The notes under the pieces were generated by a model. It saw only the letters and a program-made list of their open reading frames with translations, was not told the origin of the DNA and did no database searches. The translations under genes were made by a program, and so were the position numbers. From Candidatus Nomurabacteria bacterium (GTDB lineage Bacteria; Patescibacteriota; Minisyncoccia; Phycocordibacterales; UBA918): a stretch of 64,000 nt of DNA. Where the stretch lies: the NCBI GenBank assembly GCA_023898525.1, contig CP060227.1, positions 429,634 to 493,633 of the forward strand, written 5' to 3'. This document shows, piece after piece, positions 9,129 to 19,714 of this stretch; within the stretch, counting starts at the first letter, position 1, and each line of letters begins with the position of its first letter.

Positions 9129-9593
9129 TTAAACACTAGGCATAGTCACTGTTTCTCCTCTGTTTTTCAACTTTGCAGAAAGTGAGACCGCTCCCGGACC
9201 GGCAATCAGTAAAGCTATAGTCAGACCGAGCGCCAATACATCCAAATCACCCGCGGCCCCAATATTGAATGACTTAATTGTCCACCACGCCACAAAAGCA
9301 ATGATCGCTAACCACAAAGACCAAAAACGTGTCATTACCCCTAGTATCAAAGCGATACCACCAAAGAGCTCAGCAAAGGCTACCAAGAAAGCAAAAATAT
9401 CAACTATTGGAAAGCCGTGATTGGCCAGCATTCCAGCAAAGCCAGCCAAACCCGCTTCACCAAAGAATTTGCTATAACCATGCACAGTAAAAAATACACC
9501 AGTCGCAATTCTGGCTACCAATAAAGCGTAGTCTACGTCGCAAGCGGCAGGACGCACATCATCAAAAAATGTAAAAACTTTTTTAAACATCAT
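9129..9593 (-). CDS. DoxX-family membrane protein
   Basis: 154 aa with four TM segments and the DoxX-like pattern (GVFFTVHGYSKFFG...). Confidence 0.65.
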   Translation of the reverse strand: MMFKKVFTFFDDVRPAACDVDYALLVARIATGVFFTVHGYSKFFGEAGLAGFAGMLANHGFPIVDIFAFLVAFAELFGGIALILGVMTRFWSLWLAIIAFVAWWTIKSFNIGAAGDLDVLALGLTIALLIAGPGAVSLSAKLKNRGETVTMPSV

Positions 9594-9673
9594 AATATTT
9601 ATATTATTAGCAAACGATTAACCTCTATAAACATCTTATCAGTCAAAACAAGGTATGCCCAGCCACTAACTGT

Positions 9674-10162
9674 CTATTCTTTGTTCTTTTTATCTAAATA
9701 TTCTGCACTATTACCAACTAAAGTACCGACATTCTGCAAAAAAGTTGCCACTGCTGACACAGCCAGAATCACAACTGGTATCACCGCATATGATGTAAGC
9801 AGATAGAAGAACACAACCGTGGCCCCCATCCAGATACCCAAACAAGCTGGACAACCAAGCAAATCTGCCAGCGTACGTCTAGGGCCAGTGGTAGGTTTTA
9901 CCAACTCAAAACCTCTACCCACCTTCTTCAAATCCCAGAACTGTTCGCGAAAAAAACGCATGATTATGTCATAAGCAAAGAGCCGGATTAGTCGCCAAGT
10001 TGCTAATGTCATTAAAACATAATCAATCGGCTTAAGTTCCTCCTCCAAAAAACGTGACTCCGTTTGGAGTATAATTATCCCCATCACCACCAGTGCTAAA
10101 AAGAAAATGGAGAAAACAAAATTCCAAAAGTACTGATCAGTAATACGTATCATATACACCAA
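9674..10162 (-). CDS. Hypothetical membrane protein (DUF1360-like; CPAC motif)
   Basis: 162 aa with TM segments and LGCPACLGIWMG. Confidence 0.4.
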   Translation of the reverse strand: MVYMIRITDQYFWNFVFSIFFLALVVMGIIILQTESRFLEEELKPIDYVLMTLATWRLIRLFAYDIIMRFFREQFWDLKKVGRGFELVKPTTGPRRTLADLLGCPACLGIWMGATVVFFYLLTSYAVIPVVILAVSAVATFLQNVGTLVGNSAEYLDKKNKE

Positions 10163-10322
10163 TATTATACACTAGCCCCAACTACCATGATAAAAAATAA
10201 AGTCCCAGCAATCACTACCGCAAAACTGATCAGGAATTTATAAAATGTTTTATTGAACATTTGTTTATTATACACCACTCATACACAACCACGTTACAAC
10301 AAACACTCAGTCAAGTAATAAA

Positions 10323-10364
10323 CCAAGGGTAACCCTAGGCAAGTCTGCCTAGGGTTACCCTTGG
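10323..10364. repeat. REP-like perfect palindrome (ccaagggtaaccctaggca agtc tgcctagggttacccttgg)
   Basis: 19-bp perfect arms, 20 bp 3' of the RAYT-like transposase gene. A near-identical element occurs at 14054-14110. Confidence 0.7.
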
Positions 10365-10382
10365 TAAGTAATTTAATTACCC

Positions 10383-11135
10383 TTAAAATGCAAATAGATT
10401 GTCTTTGTAATTCAACCACTCAAACAACTCTTCCTTTATATTATCTTTTGTTTCAAAGTATTCCGGAAAAGAATCAGGATTTAAGATCATTTTTTCCGGT
10501 CTAGTGCTTCCTAAATAATCCTGCAAACTAGAATACTGAAAAGACGCACAAAAATCATATGATTTTTGTGCGTCTTTTATCCCCTCCTCTTTCCAAGTTG
10601 AGTCTATCAACTTTACCGGATTTAAATGGATATAAGCATATAGATATTTTAAATATTCATCTGTATCAGTATGTTCTGCTTTAAAAGTACCCTGAAATAA
10701 TGATCCGCTTCGATTATTTTTCTTATTGAAATACATTGAGTAACCAGTTGCTAACTTTTTCATAAAAGCAGTTACCCCACCATCAACCATTGGTGTTATC
10801 AAAATATGAAAATGATTAGGCATAAGACAATAAGCTCCGATGGATACAAGTTTGTTTTTACGATCAAATTCGTACACAGAAGCAAATCGTTCGCGAATGT
10901 CCCTGACACTAATATGAAGTGCTGAGTTTGAAAGAAACATAAGTTCTGTAAATCTGTTGTAATCTTGTGAGTCTAAGAAAATTGTACGCTTATCTACTCC
11001 TCGGTTGTAAACATGATAAAATTCATTTTCAACAAAACCTATAGTTCTTGTACTCATTACTAAATAATATAGCATGTCATCAAACCTACCCCGAGGAAAG
11101 ACCTCGGGGTAGGTTTGGTTGGTTTGGTTAAACAC
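10383..11135 (-). CDS. REP-associated tyrosine transposase (RAYT) / IS200-like Y1 transposase, long form
   Basis: 250 aa with YHVYNRGVDKRTIF and YCLMPNHFHILI (HuH motif), the classic COG1943 pattern. Confidence 0.8.
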   Translation of the reverse strand: MFNQTNQTYPEVFPRGRFDDMLYYLVMSTRTIGFVENEFYHVYNRGVDKRTIFLDSQDYNRFTELMFLSNSALHISVRDIRERFASVYEFDRKNKLVSIGAYCLMPNHFHILITPMVDGGVTAFMKKLATGYSMYFNKKNNRSGSLFQGTFKAEHTDTDEYLKYLYAYIHLNPVKLIDSTWKEEGIKDAQKSYDFCASFQYSSLQDYLGSTRPEKMILNPDSFPEYFETKDNIKEELFEWLNYKDNLFAF

Positions 11136-11219
11136 ACAACAAAACCCCGCTTATTAAGCGGGGTTTTGTCTGGTTTAGACTGAACTTTTACATTCACCTT
11201 TACCTATCTAGTCAATTAA

Positions 11220-13307
11220 CTAGTTAGTGATTAGGTATGTATTAGTTTCAAAGTCTTCCTCTGGCAGAGTTGAATCTGTCTGAGTAGGTGTTGCAGCAGA
11301 AGTGTCGTTAAATCCAACTGAAAGGATTTGTGCACGGAACTGTCCGCTAGCTACTGGGTCGTAGGTAACTGTCAACTTAAGTTTTGCAGTATCACCTTCT
11401 GAGATGTGTACATAGTTTCCTTCAATAGTACCACCGCTTACGCGCTGTACAGATTGAGTAACTGTACCAGTTGCAACAGAGGCACCAGTATCATCTTCAA
11501 TTTCGTAAGCAATACCTACTGTAGATGAAGCATTTCGGGTTGCTGTAAGAGGAACCCAAGCATCCTCACCAAAAGCAGTGACCTCTAACTCTACTACGTA
11601 ACTACCGTAATTCTTAGTAGAGTCATTAGCATCAACTGTTTGTGTTGATGGTGACTTGTCGTCTGACATAATGGTATCAATTCCAGATGTTCGTAGTGTA
11701 TGAGTATCACCAGCAGCTGATCCTCGTAACTGATCTGGAGCTGTGTTGTCAAGATCATCTCCACCTTCTGCTACGTTAGCATCAGCGTTAGCTGAAGTAA
11801 CTTCAGCCATAACTGTAGTACCTTCTAGAGCTACAGCTAGAGAGTTGAACTTAAGCTTAAGCGCTGCTTCAACACGATCACCAGCATCAATAGTAACATC
11901 CTTATCAACATTGAAGTTCAATGTTGCTGTCGCTGTACCACCGTTGGTAACAGTAACATCATCGATAGTTGTACCGTCAATAACAAGTTCTGCATCGTCA
12001 ACGATAGTGTTGTAAGTTGTTGAACTAACAGCAACAGTTACGTAGATGTTATCAAGTGCAATATCATTTACAGAATCATCTGTGTCGAGGTCGAAGATAA
12101 ATACTTCGTACCAGTCTGAATCAGCATCATCCTCTACTTCAAAAGTAGTGCTTGTTGGATCATTAGCTGAAGTCTTTACGATAAGCTCGTCATCATTTCC
12201 AGCTTCCTCTAGTGTAAAGTTCTCATTAACACCAAAGTCTTGTCCTGAGTTCTCAGTTGTTGAAACATCGTCAGCATCGAAGAAGCGAAGTGCTTCCATT
12301 GAAACATTCCATGTAGTCAATTCAGCTGCATCAAGGTTGTTTTGAACTGATCCAGCTAGTACAACATCGAACCGATCGTCCTCTGCACCGAAGATATCAA
12401 GACCGCTGAAACGGAATGTTCCAAGATCCTCATCTAGGTAATCATCTTCATTATCAGCATCCTCCTCAGCCACTTTCTCACCATCTACCCATAGAGATAG
12501 AGTATCAAAAGCGTCCCAAGGCTTAACTGTGTTTGTGTTTGATTGACCATCAGCTAAAAGCTGTACATCAATACGACTGATCAAAGCGTCACCGTCTGTG
12601 AATTCTAACTCAAATTCAGCTAGCTCAGCATCCTCTGAACCCTCTTCGATAGTATCATCAGCAGCGCTGTTGATGTTGAAGGTGTCAAGTGAAGCCTCTC
12701 CTGAAAGAGTTGTATCCTCTTCCTCCTCCTCATCCATGTCTTCGTCTTCATCCATGTCTTCGTCTTCGTCATCCGCTACTGGAGGAACAACTACTGTGTT
12801 AAGAGCGTTAGCCTTATTGCGAGTAGATGGACCAAAGTATCCAGTTGGATTAACTAGACCAGCTGGAGAAAGAATCTCTGAGCGGTACTTAACTTGGAAC
12901 TTAGATACTGCAGCTGCTGTAGCAGGACCGTAGTATTCAGTTTCCATTCCAGCAGATCCTACAGAACCAGCTGCTGCTACGCGAGTATCAGGGTCAGCGT
13001 TTAGGAACTTCTGTAGCTCCATTACATCTGCACCTGTTGAACCTGTTGAAAGGTCACGAGTCCAAGTGAAACCACTAGCTGTAGTAGAACCACCTTGACC
13101 AACTTGTGCTTGCAAAGAAGCAATCTGTGCTAGTAAATCATTAATCATCTTTTGCAAGTCTTCAGCTGACTGTGCCTGCGCAGCAGGAGCGTAAGCTGAG
13201 AAGATCATTGCGAGTGCCACAAGAGCCACACCGGCCTTTGCAGCGATATCTTTTACAATAGTCATAAATATAATTAAATAATATTTTTGCGTGGGGTTAG
13301 CACGCAC
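11220..13307 (-). CDS. Large acidic secreted protein with N-terminal peptidoglycan-binding-like domain (start uncertain; possibly 13265)
   Basis: Signal-peptide-like AKAGVALVALAMIFSAYAPAAQA; a PG_binding_1-like segment (GADVMELQKFLNADPD...YGPATAAAVSKFQ); then a long D/E/T-rich region. Confidence 0.6.
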   Translation of the reverse strand: MRANPTQKYYLIIFMTIVKDIAAKAGVALVALAMIFSAYAPAAQAQSAEDLQKMINDLLAQIASLQAQVGQGGSTTASGFTWTRDLSTGSTGADVMELQKFLNADPDTRVAAAGSVGSAGMETEYYGPATAAAVSKFQVKYRSEILSPAGLVNPTGYFGPSTRNKANALNTVVVPPVADDEDEDMDEDEDMDEEEEEDTTLSGEASLDTFNINSAADDTIEEGSEDAELAEFELEFTDGDALISRIDVQLLADGQSNTNTVKPWDAFDTLSLWVDGEKVAEEDADNEDDYLDEDLGTFRFSGLDIFGAEDDRFDVVLAGSVQNNLDAAELTTWNVSMEALRFFDADDVSTTENSGQDFGVNENFTLEEAGNDDELIVKTSANDPTSTTFEVEDDADSDWYEVFIFDLDTDDSVNDIALDNIYVTVAVSSTTYNTIVDDAELVIDGTTIDDVTVTNGGTATATLNFNVDKDVTIDAGDRVEAALKLKFNSLAVALEGTTVMAEVTSANADANVAEGGDDLDNTAPDQLRGSAAGDTHTLRTSGIDTIMSDDKSPSTQTVDANDSTKNYGSYVVELEVTAFGEDAWVPLTATRNASSTVGIAYEIEDDTGASVATGTVTQSVQRVSGGTIEGNYVHISEGDTAKLKLTVTYDPVASGQFRAQILSVGFNDTSAATPTQTDSTLPEEDFETNTYLITN

Positions 13308-14053
13308 GCACTCAATTTAATGAGCAGTTAATTTGATAACGACTGATAATATGAATTAATTCATATTTCGTAGACGGTTTATCACGTCATCTACGCAATA
13401 TCACTAACTCCAGACTAACGGATATTTTATTTATCCCTCAGGCCAGAGGTTAGCTGCAATACAAGTCTGAGTTTCAATCATTAGCCACCAATACGGAATC
13501 AAGTTAGTCAGAAACGTGTGTACTTGAATATTATAAGGAATAATAATGTACGTGACACACAAACGTTTTGTAAGATTAGATATATAAAAATTATGCAGCC
13601 TCCTACACAACCCTGCTTAACTAAAAACTATCAAAATTCAAGACTCTGAAATTTAGTCAGCACGTCTCTCAAAGAACATTCATACCTTATGTACTATTTC
13701 AAAAAAATGCTTGGTAAATTGTAGTCTATACAATACCCGAATGACACTTCCAGAAAAAGCGCACATAAGCGCATAAGAAATAGTATATCAGTTTCTTATA
13801 CATTTACTGTAAGGTTTAAACATTCCCATGTGGATTATTTGCAGAAACTATTAAAAGAAAGTTTATGCATATAAAAAATCTGTTTAAACTATTGACTTAC
13901 AGCTGACACGATACGTCAAAGTATAAAAAACGTCAACGAAAACTACTCTTCCTGTCTGCGTATGATGACGACCAATACTACCTCATCTTACCAAAGAAAA
14001 AACACTAAAAAACAAAAAAAGCTAAGTGACAAGACCTTCTTCATGTGGAGTCA

Positions 14054-14110
14054 AAAACGGTCAAGGGTAACCCTAGGCAAGCTTACCTAGGGTTACCCTT
14101 GACCGTTTTT
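14054..14110. repeat. REP-like palindrome, second copy (aaaaacggtcaagggtaaccctagg ... cctagggttacccttgaccgttttt)
   Basis: Shares the caagggtaaccctagg core with the element at 10323-10364. Confidence 0.7.
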
Positions 14111-14209
14111 ATTGTCCTAAAGAAGTTATCTAAATAAGTCCAGCCTATAGGATATAGTTAAGTGTGTATTGGAGTAAGCTGTCCTTATTATCGCGTGACT
14201 TTTTGTCCG

Positions 14210-14938
14210 TTATTTAATAACTGAATATTTAGACCATCTCCTCTCTCCTTGTCTTATTACTTGTCCTTTGTCTATTAAAGAATTGAGTTCGCGCTGAATG
14301 GTCTTCTCACTCACGTCTGTTATTACTTCTGCTATGTCTTTTATTGTCGCTTCAGGCTTTGCCTCTAAGACTGTCTTTATGCGCGTAGCCCGGTCAACCA
14401 ATTGACTGTAAACCATATGAGCATCTGAACTTATATCACCCTTGGGTATAGACACTCGAGAGGGTCTAGCAACTGAAGCGGAACGCATCGTCATAGATCG
14501 TTCGGTTGCCACCGGGGGAGTCTTAGGTCCATCCTCCTGTAGAGAAAGTGGGGTCTTATTGACGTAGTGATTCTTAATGTAACGCTGTACCAGATCAAGC
14601 TCAGTCAGTAGCATAGTGAGAACATCGTCAGTTATTATTCGGGCAGCGTTGGCAATTCTAAGGACACCTTCTAGAGACACTAGAGTTTGCTGAAAGATAA
14701 AGACCCTATCCTTGGCTTCGTACTCATAAAAAGACAGCGTGGTCAGCGACTCTTCATATACGTTCATAGCTCTGTCACTTAGTGTCTTTATATGAAAGTC
14801 TGACCTTTCGTCTTTTTCTATATGAGACAGTATGTAGAAAATGACTGACACGATTTTTTCTGTCCTTTTAAAAACATTACCATAGTAATCATTATCTGCA
14901 GCTAGTCTTTTTGTTGCATAAAGTTTGTCTTTGTCCAT
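14210..14938 (-). CDS. Hypothetical protein with C-terminal winged-HTH (DeoR-like)
   Basis: 242 aa ending in IKDIAEVITDVSEKTIQRELNSLIDKGQVIRQGERRWSKYSV. Confidence 0.45.
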   Translation of the reverse strand: MDKDKLYATKRLAADNDYYGNVFKRTEKIVSVIFYILSHIEKDERSDFHIKTLSDRAMNVYEESLTTLSFYEYEAKDRVFIFQQTLVSLEGVLRIANAARIITDDVLTMLLTELDLVQRYIKNHYVNKTPLSLQEDGPKTPPVATERSMTMRSASVARPSRVSIPKGDISSDAHMVYSQLVDRATRIKTVLEAKPEATIKDIAEVITDVSEKTIQRELNSLIDKGQVIRQGERRWSKYSVIK

Positions 14939-15181
14939 AACGTCTTTTTTCTATTTGTGTCTGTTAACCATCTGTCTTTTGTGTCTGTTATCTTCTGTTT
15001 AGGACACCTTCTTCGTCCTTACTACTATAAAGACATTTTGTTCTTTGGCAAGGTTTTTTTGTCTTGTCTTTAAGGAATTTTATTGCCTGTTTTTTCTCTT
15101 TTTTGCCGATTAAAACCAAAAGATATTCGTGGTTTCATGTTATTATTGGCGTATTCAAAGTTTAGAGTTTTTATTTTTGTT

Positions 15182-17392
15182 ATGTCTAGGAAAAAGAAAA
15201 ATACTGTCGAAAAAACACCAATGTTTGATGATTTGTCGCCACAGACAAAACAGGCAATTGGAGCTGTAGTAATTGGAATTCTGGGAATCTTTTTTCTCCT
15301 TTCTTTACTTGGTTTCGCTGGTCGAGTTGGCGGTTTCAGTGAATTAGCTTTGACCAAACTATTTGGTACCGGGGCCTGGCTGGCACCCATCGCTTGTGGC
15401 TTTTACATGTTTGCCATGATGCGTCCACGAGAGGATGAGCGGGTCAGTACTTCTAAAATTCTTGGCATCTCACTTATGTTCCTTTCCCTACTAGCCTTAC
15501 TCGAGCTCTATCAAGAAAATTTAGGCGGCTTGGCCGGCTTGGCCCTCAGTTACCCCCTATCTTTTCTGGTTGGCAATGTAGTAACTGGAATCCTCCTAGC
15601 TGGTTTTGTTTTGATTGGCATCTTCCTTACTTTCAACACTGGTCTCTCAATGCCAAAATTTGGTAAAAAAGACACCACTGGTCTTGAGGATATAGACGAA
15701 GATTTTGATCTAGAAGAACTCGACATACCAGAAGTTGAAGAAGCTAACGCCAGAAACGAAGAGTCTGGTAGCGGTGAAGACGACGATGAGACTGCTACTA
15801 AGAAAGGTCTACAATCCCTGACCAACAAAGTCAAAGAGACCCTAACCAAAGACGGAGACATGATGGTAAAGCACTTTAGTGGTCCTTATATCCCCCCTTC
15901 GCTGTCCCTCTTAAACAAAGACAAGGGTAAGGCGGTAGCTGGCGACGTGAAGGCCAACTCTCTCACGATAAAACGTACCCTTAAGGAATTCGGTATCAAT
16001 GTCGAAATGGATGCAGTCGAAAGTGGACCTGCCATCACCCGCTACTCCTTAAAGCCAGCTCAAGGTGTGCGAATCTCGCGTATCGTAGCTTTGCAACAAG
16101 AGCTACAGCTAGCACTTAAGGCCAGCACCATTCGTATAGAAGCTCCAATACCAGGTAAGTCATTGGTCGGTATTGAAGTACCTAATTCTGTTCGCTCAAC
16201 CGTTGGTCTAGCCTCTATCTTGCGTAACCCAGAATACACCGACTCACCACGACCATTGCTTGTAGCACTCGGTAAAGACGTGGCCGGAGGGGTTCACTTC
16301 GCCAACATCGCTCGTATGCCCCACGCCCTAATCGCCGGTACAACCGGATCAGGTAAGTCGGTCACGATACATAATATTATTGTGTCGCTACTGTTTAGAA
16401 ATTCACCAGACCAGCTTCGCTTTATTCTGGTAGACCCAAAGCGAGTGGAACTTACTCTATATAACGGAATCCCTCACCTCCTAACTCCGGTTATCACTGA
16501 ACCGAAAAAGGCACTAAAATCTCTAAGTTGGGCAGTGAAAGAAATGGCTAGACGTTATGACATCTTGCAAGCCGAAGGTATACAAGGTCTTGATCTCTAT
16601 CACAGCCAAGTCTATCAGCCGGCCAAGGAAGAATGGGAAGCTAACGGCAGTCCAGAGGAAGAGCGTGACAACCTACCTGAACCGCTACCTTATATTGTGA
16701 TCATTCTTGATGAGCTCAACGACCTAATGCAAGCCTACCCACGCGAGCTAGAAGCTCTGATTGTACGACTAGCGCAAATGAGCCGCGCAGTTGGTATACA
16801 CTTACTTTTGGCTACCCAAAGACCATCGGTGAACGTAATTACCGGTACCATTAAGGCCAATATTCCAACCCGTATTGCCCTCAATGTAGCTTCTCAAATT
16901 GACTCTCGCACTATTATTGATCAAATGGGAGCTGAAAAACTGCTCGGACAAGGTGACATGCTCTATCTATCCTCCGACAGTCCAAGACTAATCCGTATTC
17001 AGTCTGCTTTTATTTCGGGTGATGAAATCAAAAAGGTTGTCTCCTACCTAAAAGCTCAAGATGCGGACACTCTCGATACCATCGACTTTGAAGAAACAAA
17101 AGATGGTAACGCTAACTCCTTTATGGCTTCAATCGACGGAGAAAGCGACGACGAGGAAGACGAGCTGTTTGATGACGCTAAGCAAGCGGTTCTAGAGGCT
17201 GGAAAGGCTTCTACCTCATACCTACAAAGAAAGCTCCGCATTGGCTACTCTAGAGCAGCGCGGCTAATTGATATTCTTGAAGAAAGAGGAATTATCGGTC
17301 CAGCTGACGGTTCCAGACCGCGCGAAATACTTCTTGGTAAAGAAGAGGAGGCTGACGATGAAGAGAAAGAGGATCACTCGACCCACCAATAA
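15182..17392 (+). CDS. ftsK: DNA translocase FtsK/SpoIIIE (start chosen at MSRKKK; ORF opens at 15083)
   Basis: Has N-terminal TM helices, Walker A (GTTGSGKSV), a motor domain, and a C-terminal gamma wHTH (YLQRKLRIGYSRAARLIDILEERGIIG). Confidence 0.9.
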   Translation: MSRKKKNTVEKTPMFDDLSPQTKQAIGAVVIGILGIFFLLSLLGFAGRVGGFSELALTKLFGTGAWLAPIACGFYMFAMMRPREDERVSTSKILGISLMFLSLLALLELYQENLGGLAGLALSYPLSFLVGNVVTGILLAGFVLIGIFLTFNTGLSMPKFGKKDTTGLEDIDEDFDLEELDIPEVEEANARNEESGSGEDDDETATKKGLQSLTNKVKETLTKDGDMMVKHFSGPYIPPSLSLLNKDKGKAVAGDVKANSLTIKRTLKEFGINVEMDAVESGPAITRYSLKPAQGVRISRIVALQQELQLALKASTIRIEAPIPGKSLVGIEVPNSVRSTVGLASILRNPEYTDSPRPLLVALGKDVAGGVHFANIARMPHALIAGTTGSGKSVTIHNIIVSLLFRNSPDQLRFILVDPKRVELTLYNGIPHLLTPVITEPKKALKSLSWAVKEMARRYDILQAEGIQGLDLYHSQVYQPAKEEWEANGSPEEERDNLPEPLPYIVIILDELNDLMQAYPRELEALIVRLAQMSRAVGIHLLLATQRPSVNVITGTIKANIPTRIALNVASQIDSRTIIDQMGAEKLLGQGDMLYLSSDSPRLIRIQSAFISGDEIKKVVSYLKAQDADTLDTIDFEETKDGNANSFMASIDGESDDEEDELFDDAKQAVLEAGKASTSYLQRKLRIGYSRAARLIDILEERGIIGPADGSRPREILLGKEEEADDEEKEDHSTHQ

Positions 17393-17412
17393 TAGTTTGG
17401 AATAATACAACT

Positions 17413-17790
17413 ATGCCAGATTTTCCCCAGACGCTAGCACTAAGAAGTATTCTCAAGGTGTTAATAGTAGTTTTTTTTACCACTGTATTTGCGTCTTATG
17501 TTTTGTTCCAGGCCAGATTTGTTATTGCCGGACCGCAAATAACCCTGACTGAAGAACCAACTACTCAACATAACACCAGAGTGGTAGAATTAGTCGGTAC
17601 AACTAAGAATATTACCCATCTCTGGCTCAATGATCGACCTATTTTCACTGACGAAACAGGTAGATTTGACGAGACATTGGTACTAGAAAACGGATACACT
17701 ATAGCCACCCTGCGTGCCAAAGACAGATACGGAAGAGAAACAGAGTTGGTCAGATCATTTGTTTATACACCCGTTTCATTTATTCAATAA
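17413..17790 (+). CDS. Hypothetical membrane-anchored protein
   Basis: 125 aa with a single N-terminal TM. Confidence 0.4.
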   Translation: MPDFPQTLALRSILKVLIVVFFTTVFASYVLFQARFVIAGPQITLTEEPTTQHNTRVVELVGTTKNITHLWLNDRPIFTDETGRFDETLVLENGYTIATLRAKDRYGRETELVRSFVYTPVSFIQ

Positions 17791-17808
17791 TAATTAATAA
17801 TTAACATT

Positions 17809-18882
17809 ATGGTAAAGAAAAAGACGACAAAGAAAGTAAAGGAGGTAGCCACTGCTGAAACGGAAGAGCGAGGAGTTTCAAGTATTGCTGAAACCCTACG
17901 AGCCATTAAAACAAAGTTTGGTGACGAAGCCATCATGACACTGGACGAAAGCAAGAAAGTAGATATTGATGCAGTCCCAACCGGATCAATCGGCTTAGAT
18001 GATGCCCTTGGTATCGGCGGTTTTCCACGCGGCCGAATTATTGAAATCTTTGGCCCTGAATCATCTGGTAAAACTACCCTATCTCTGCATGCAGTAGCCG
18101 AAGCACAGAAAATGAACGGTATCTGCGCCTTCATTGATGCTGAACACGCCATGGATCCGGAATATGCAAGAAATATCGGTGTAAAACTGGATGAACTTCT
18201 TATTTCACAACCAGATAACGGTGAACAAGCCTTGGAGATCGTAGAGTCGTTGGTTCGCTCTGGTAAGATAGACGTTATTGTAATTGACTCAGTCGCTGCC
18301 CTAACCCCCCGTGATGAAATAGAAGGAGAAATGGGAGCACACCATGTTGGTAAGCAGGCTCGTCTGATGAGTCAGGCCCTGCGTAAACTTACCGGTATCG
18401 TAGCCAAAAGTAAGACAGTAGTAATCTTTATTAACCAAATTCGCATGCAGGTAGGAGTGATGTTTGGTAACCCAGAAACCACTCCCGGTGGAAAAGCTCT
18501 TAAATTCTACACTTCCGTCCGTCTAGACATAAGGCGTATAGCCCAAATCAAAAAAGGTGAAGAAGTGGTTGGTGGTAGACACCGCGTAAAAGTGGTCAAA
18601 AATAAGGTCGCTTCCCCTTTCCGCACCACTGAATTTGACTTAATTTACGGTGAAGGTATTTCTCGTGAAGGTGAACTATTGGCTCTGGGAGAAAAATACA
18701 AGCTAATCAAAAAAGCTGGAGCATCATATACTTATATACCACCAGGTGGCGACGAAAGCGCAGAAGTGAAACTAGGTCGCGGCTATGATGCAGCCAGAAC
18801 CAGCTTGCGTGAAGACAAAAAAGTACAAAAAGAACTACTTGGCCATATTAGAAAAGCACTGAAAGAAGAAGCGGCGGCTTAA
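17809..18882 (+). CDS. recA: Recombinase RecA
   Basis: 357 aa with GPESSGKTT Walker A and canonical RecA motifs throughout. Confidence 0.95.
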   Translation: MVKKKTTKKVKEVATAETEERGVSSIAETLRAIKTKFGDEAIMTLDESKKVDIDAVPTGSIGLDDALGIGGFPRGRIIEIFGPESSGKTTLSLHAVAEAQKMNGICAFIDAEHAMDPEYARNIGVKLDELLISQPDNGEQALEIVESLVRSGKIDVIVIDSVAALTPRDEIEGEMGAHHVGKQARLMSQALRKLTGIVAKSKTVVIFINQIRMQVGVMFGNPETTPGGKALKFYTSVRLDIRRIAQIKKGEEVVGGRHRVKVVKNKVASPFRTTEFDLIYGEGISREGELLALGEKYKLIKKAGASYTYIPPGGDESAEVKLGRGYDAARTSLREDKKVQKELLGHIRKALKEEAAA

Positions 18883-18883
18883 A

Positions 18884-18947
18884 GTGGTGGGTTTTTAAAT
18901 GGCCGGGCCGTGGCCGCGACCGGCCTTTTATAAACCACCACTTTACC
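18884..18947. terminator. Nested long palindrome (aagtggtggg...ggccgggccgtggccgcgaccggcc...aaaccaccactt)
   Basis: Sits between convergent recA (+) and the oxidoreductase gene (-). Confidence 0.6.
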
Positions 18948-18950
18948 CTC

Positions 18951-19664
18951 TTAATACCCTGAAAACTCCTCAAACCTTATAGAATCTGGGTCAACCTTAG
19001 CTTCTAAAAGCATTGACCGCATAGCCTGCACCATGCCCTGCGGCCCCGCCATATAATAAATAGCCTTATCAGTATCTGGTACATGACGCTTGACCATCGG
19101 CCAGTCAATATAACCCCGCTCGCCTGACCAGTCATCAGACTCGTCCAACTTAGTCATGGTGGGTATAAAATTTAGATTTAGAGCTTTTGAATTAGAAAGG
19201 TCGCTAAGCTCGGACAAAAAAGGGGCATCCTTGGGTTCGTTATTAGAATAGAATAAATATAGTTTGTGCGGTTTCTGGTTACTTTTAGCCTCTTTAATCA
19301 TGCTCATAAAGGGAGTGATTCCAATTCCGCCAACTAAAAAAACGGCTGATTTTTGTTCGTTTTGATGTAAAGCGAAAGAACCATAAGGCCCTTCTATCTC
19401 AACCAGATCGTCTGGAAGTAAATCATTTAAGGTATTTTTATAATCTGATCCGCGCATCCTAGTCGCTATCGCCAGGTCAGACTCAACCGGCTCTGTCACC
19501 AAAGAAAAAGTGTGAGCGTTGGATCCAGTTAACTTTGGTAAAATCAAGTCTATAGTTTGACCAGCTTGGTATTGAAAATTTTCCGGTTTTTCAAAACGAA
19601 ATAGTCTGGTACCCGCAGCGACTTCTTCTGCGCCTTTGAATTTAACCTGGTATTTAGCTGCCAT
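18951..19664 (-). CDS. FNR-family FAD/NAD(P)-binding oxidoreductase (ferredoxin-NADP reductase-like); start at MAAKYQ
   Basis: GGIGITPFMSM NAD-binding motif and an N-terminal FAD-binding beta-barrel pattern. Confidence 0.65.
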   Translation of the reverse strand: MAAKYQVKFKGAEEVAAGTRLFRFEKPENFQYQAGQTIDLILPKLTGSNAHTFSLVTEPVESDLAIATRMRGSDYKNTLNDLLPDDLVEIEGPYGSFALHQNEQKSAVFLVGGIGITPFMSMIKEAKSNQKPHKLYLFYSNNEPKDAPFLSELSDLSNSKALNLNFIPTMTKLDESDDWSGERGYIDWPMVKRHVPDTDKAIYYMAGPQGMVQAMRSMLLEAKVDPDSIRFEEFSGY

Positions 19665-19714
19665 AACGTAATTAATGTCGTAATTAAAAAATAGTGTTAT
19701 TAGCAACACGTTTG

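Noticed and set aside
11743-12933. Plus-strand ORFs (11743..12015, 12046..12345, 12598..12933) inside the acidic surface-protein gene
   Set aside because: Antisense Ser/Ala/Thr-rich translations of a repetitive gene; no start context.
13310-14210. Replication origin (oriC) in the ORF-free AT-rich region
   Set aside because: Only one imperfect DnaA-box-like 9-mer was seen and no dnaA/dnaN gene is nearby; insufficient evidence.
15070-15861. ORFs 15070..15390 and 15550..15861 on the minus strand
   Set aside because: Antisense to or overlapping the ftsK N-terminal region; proline/serine-rich artefacts.
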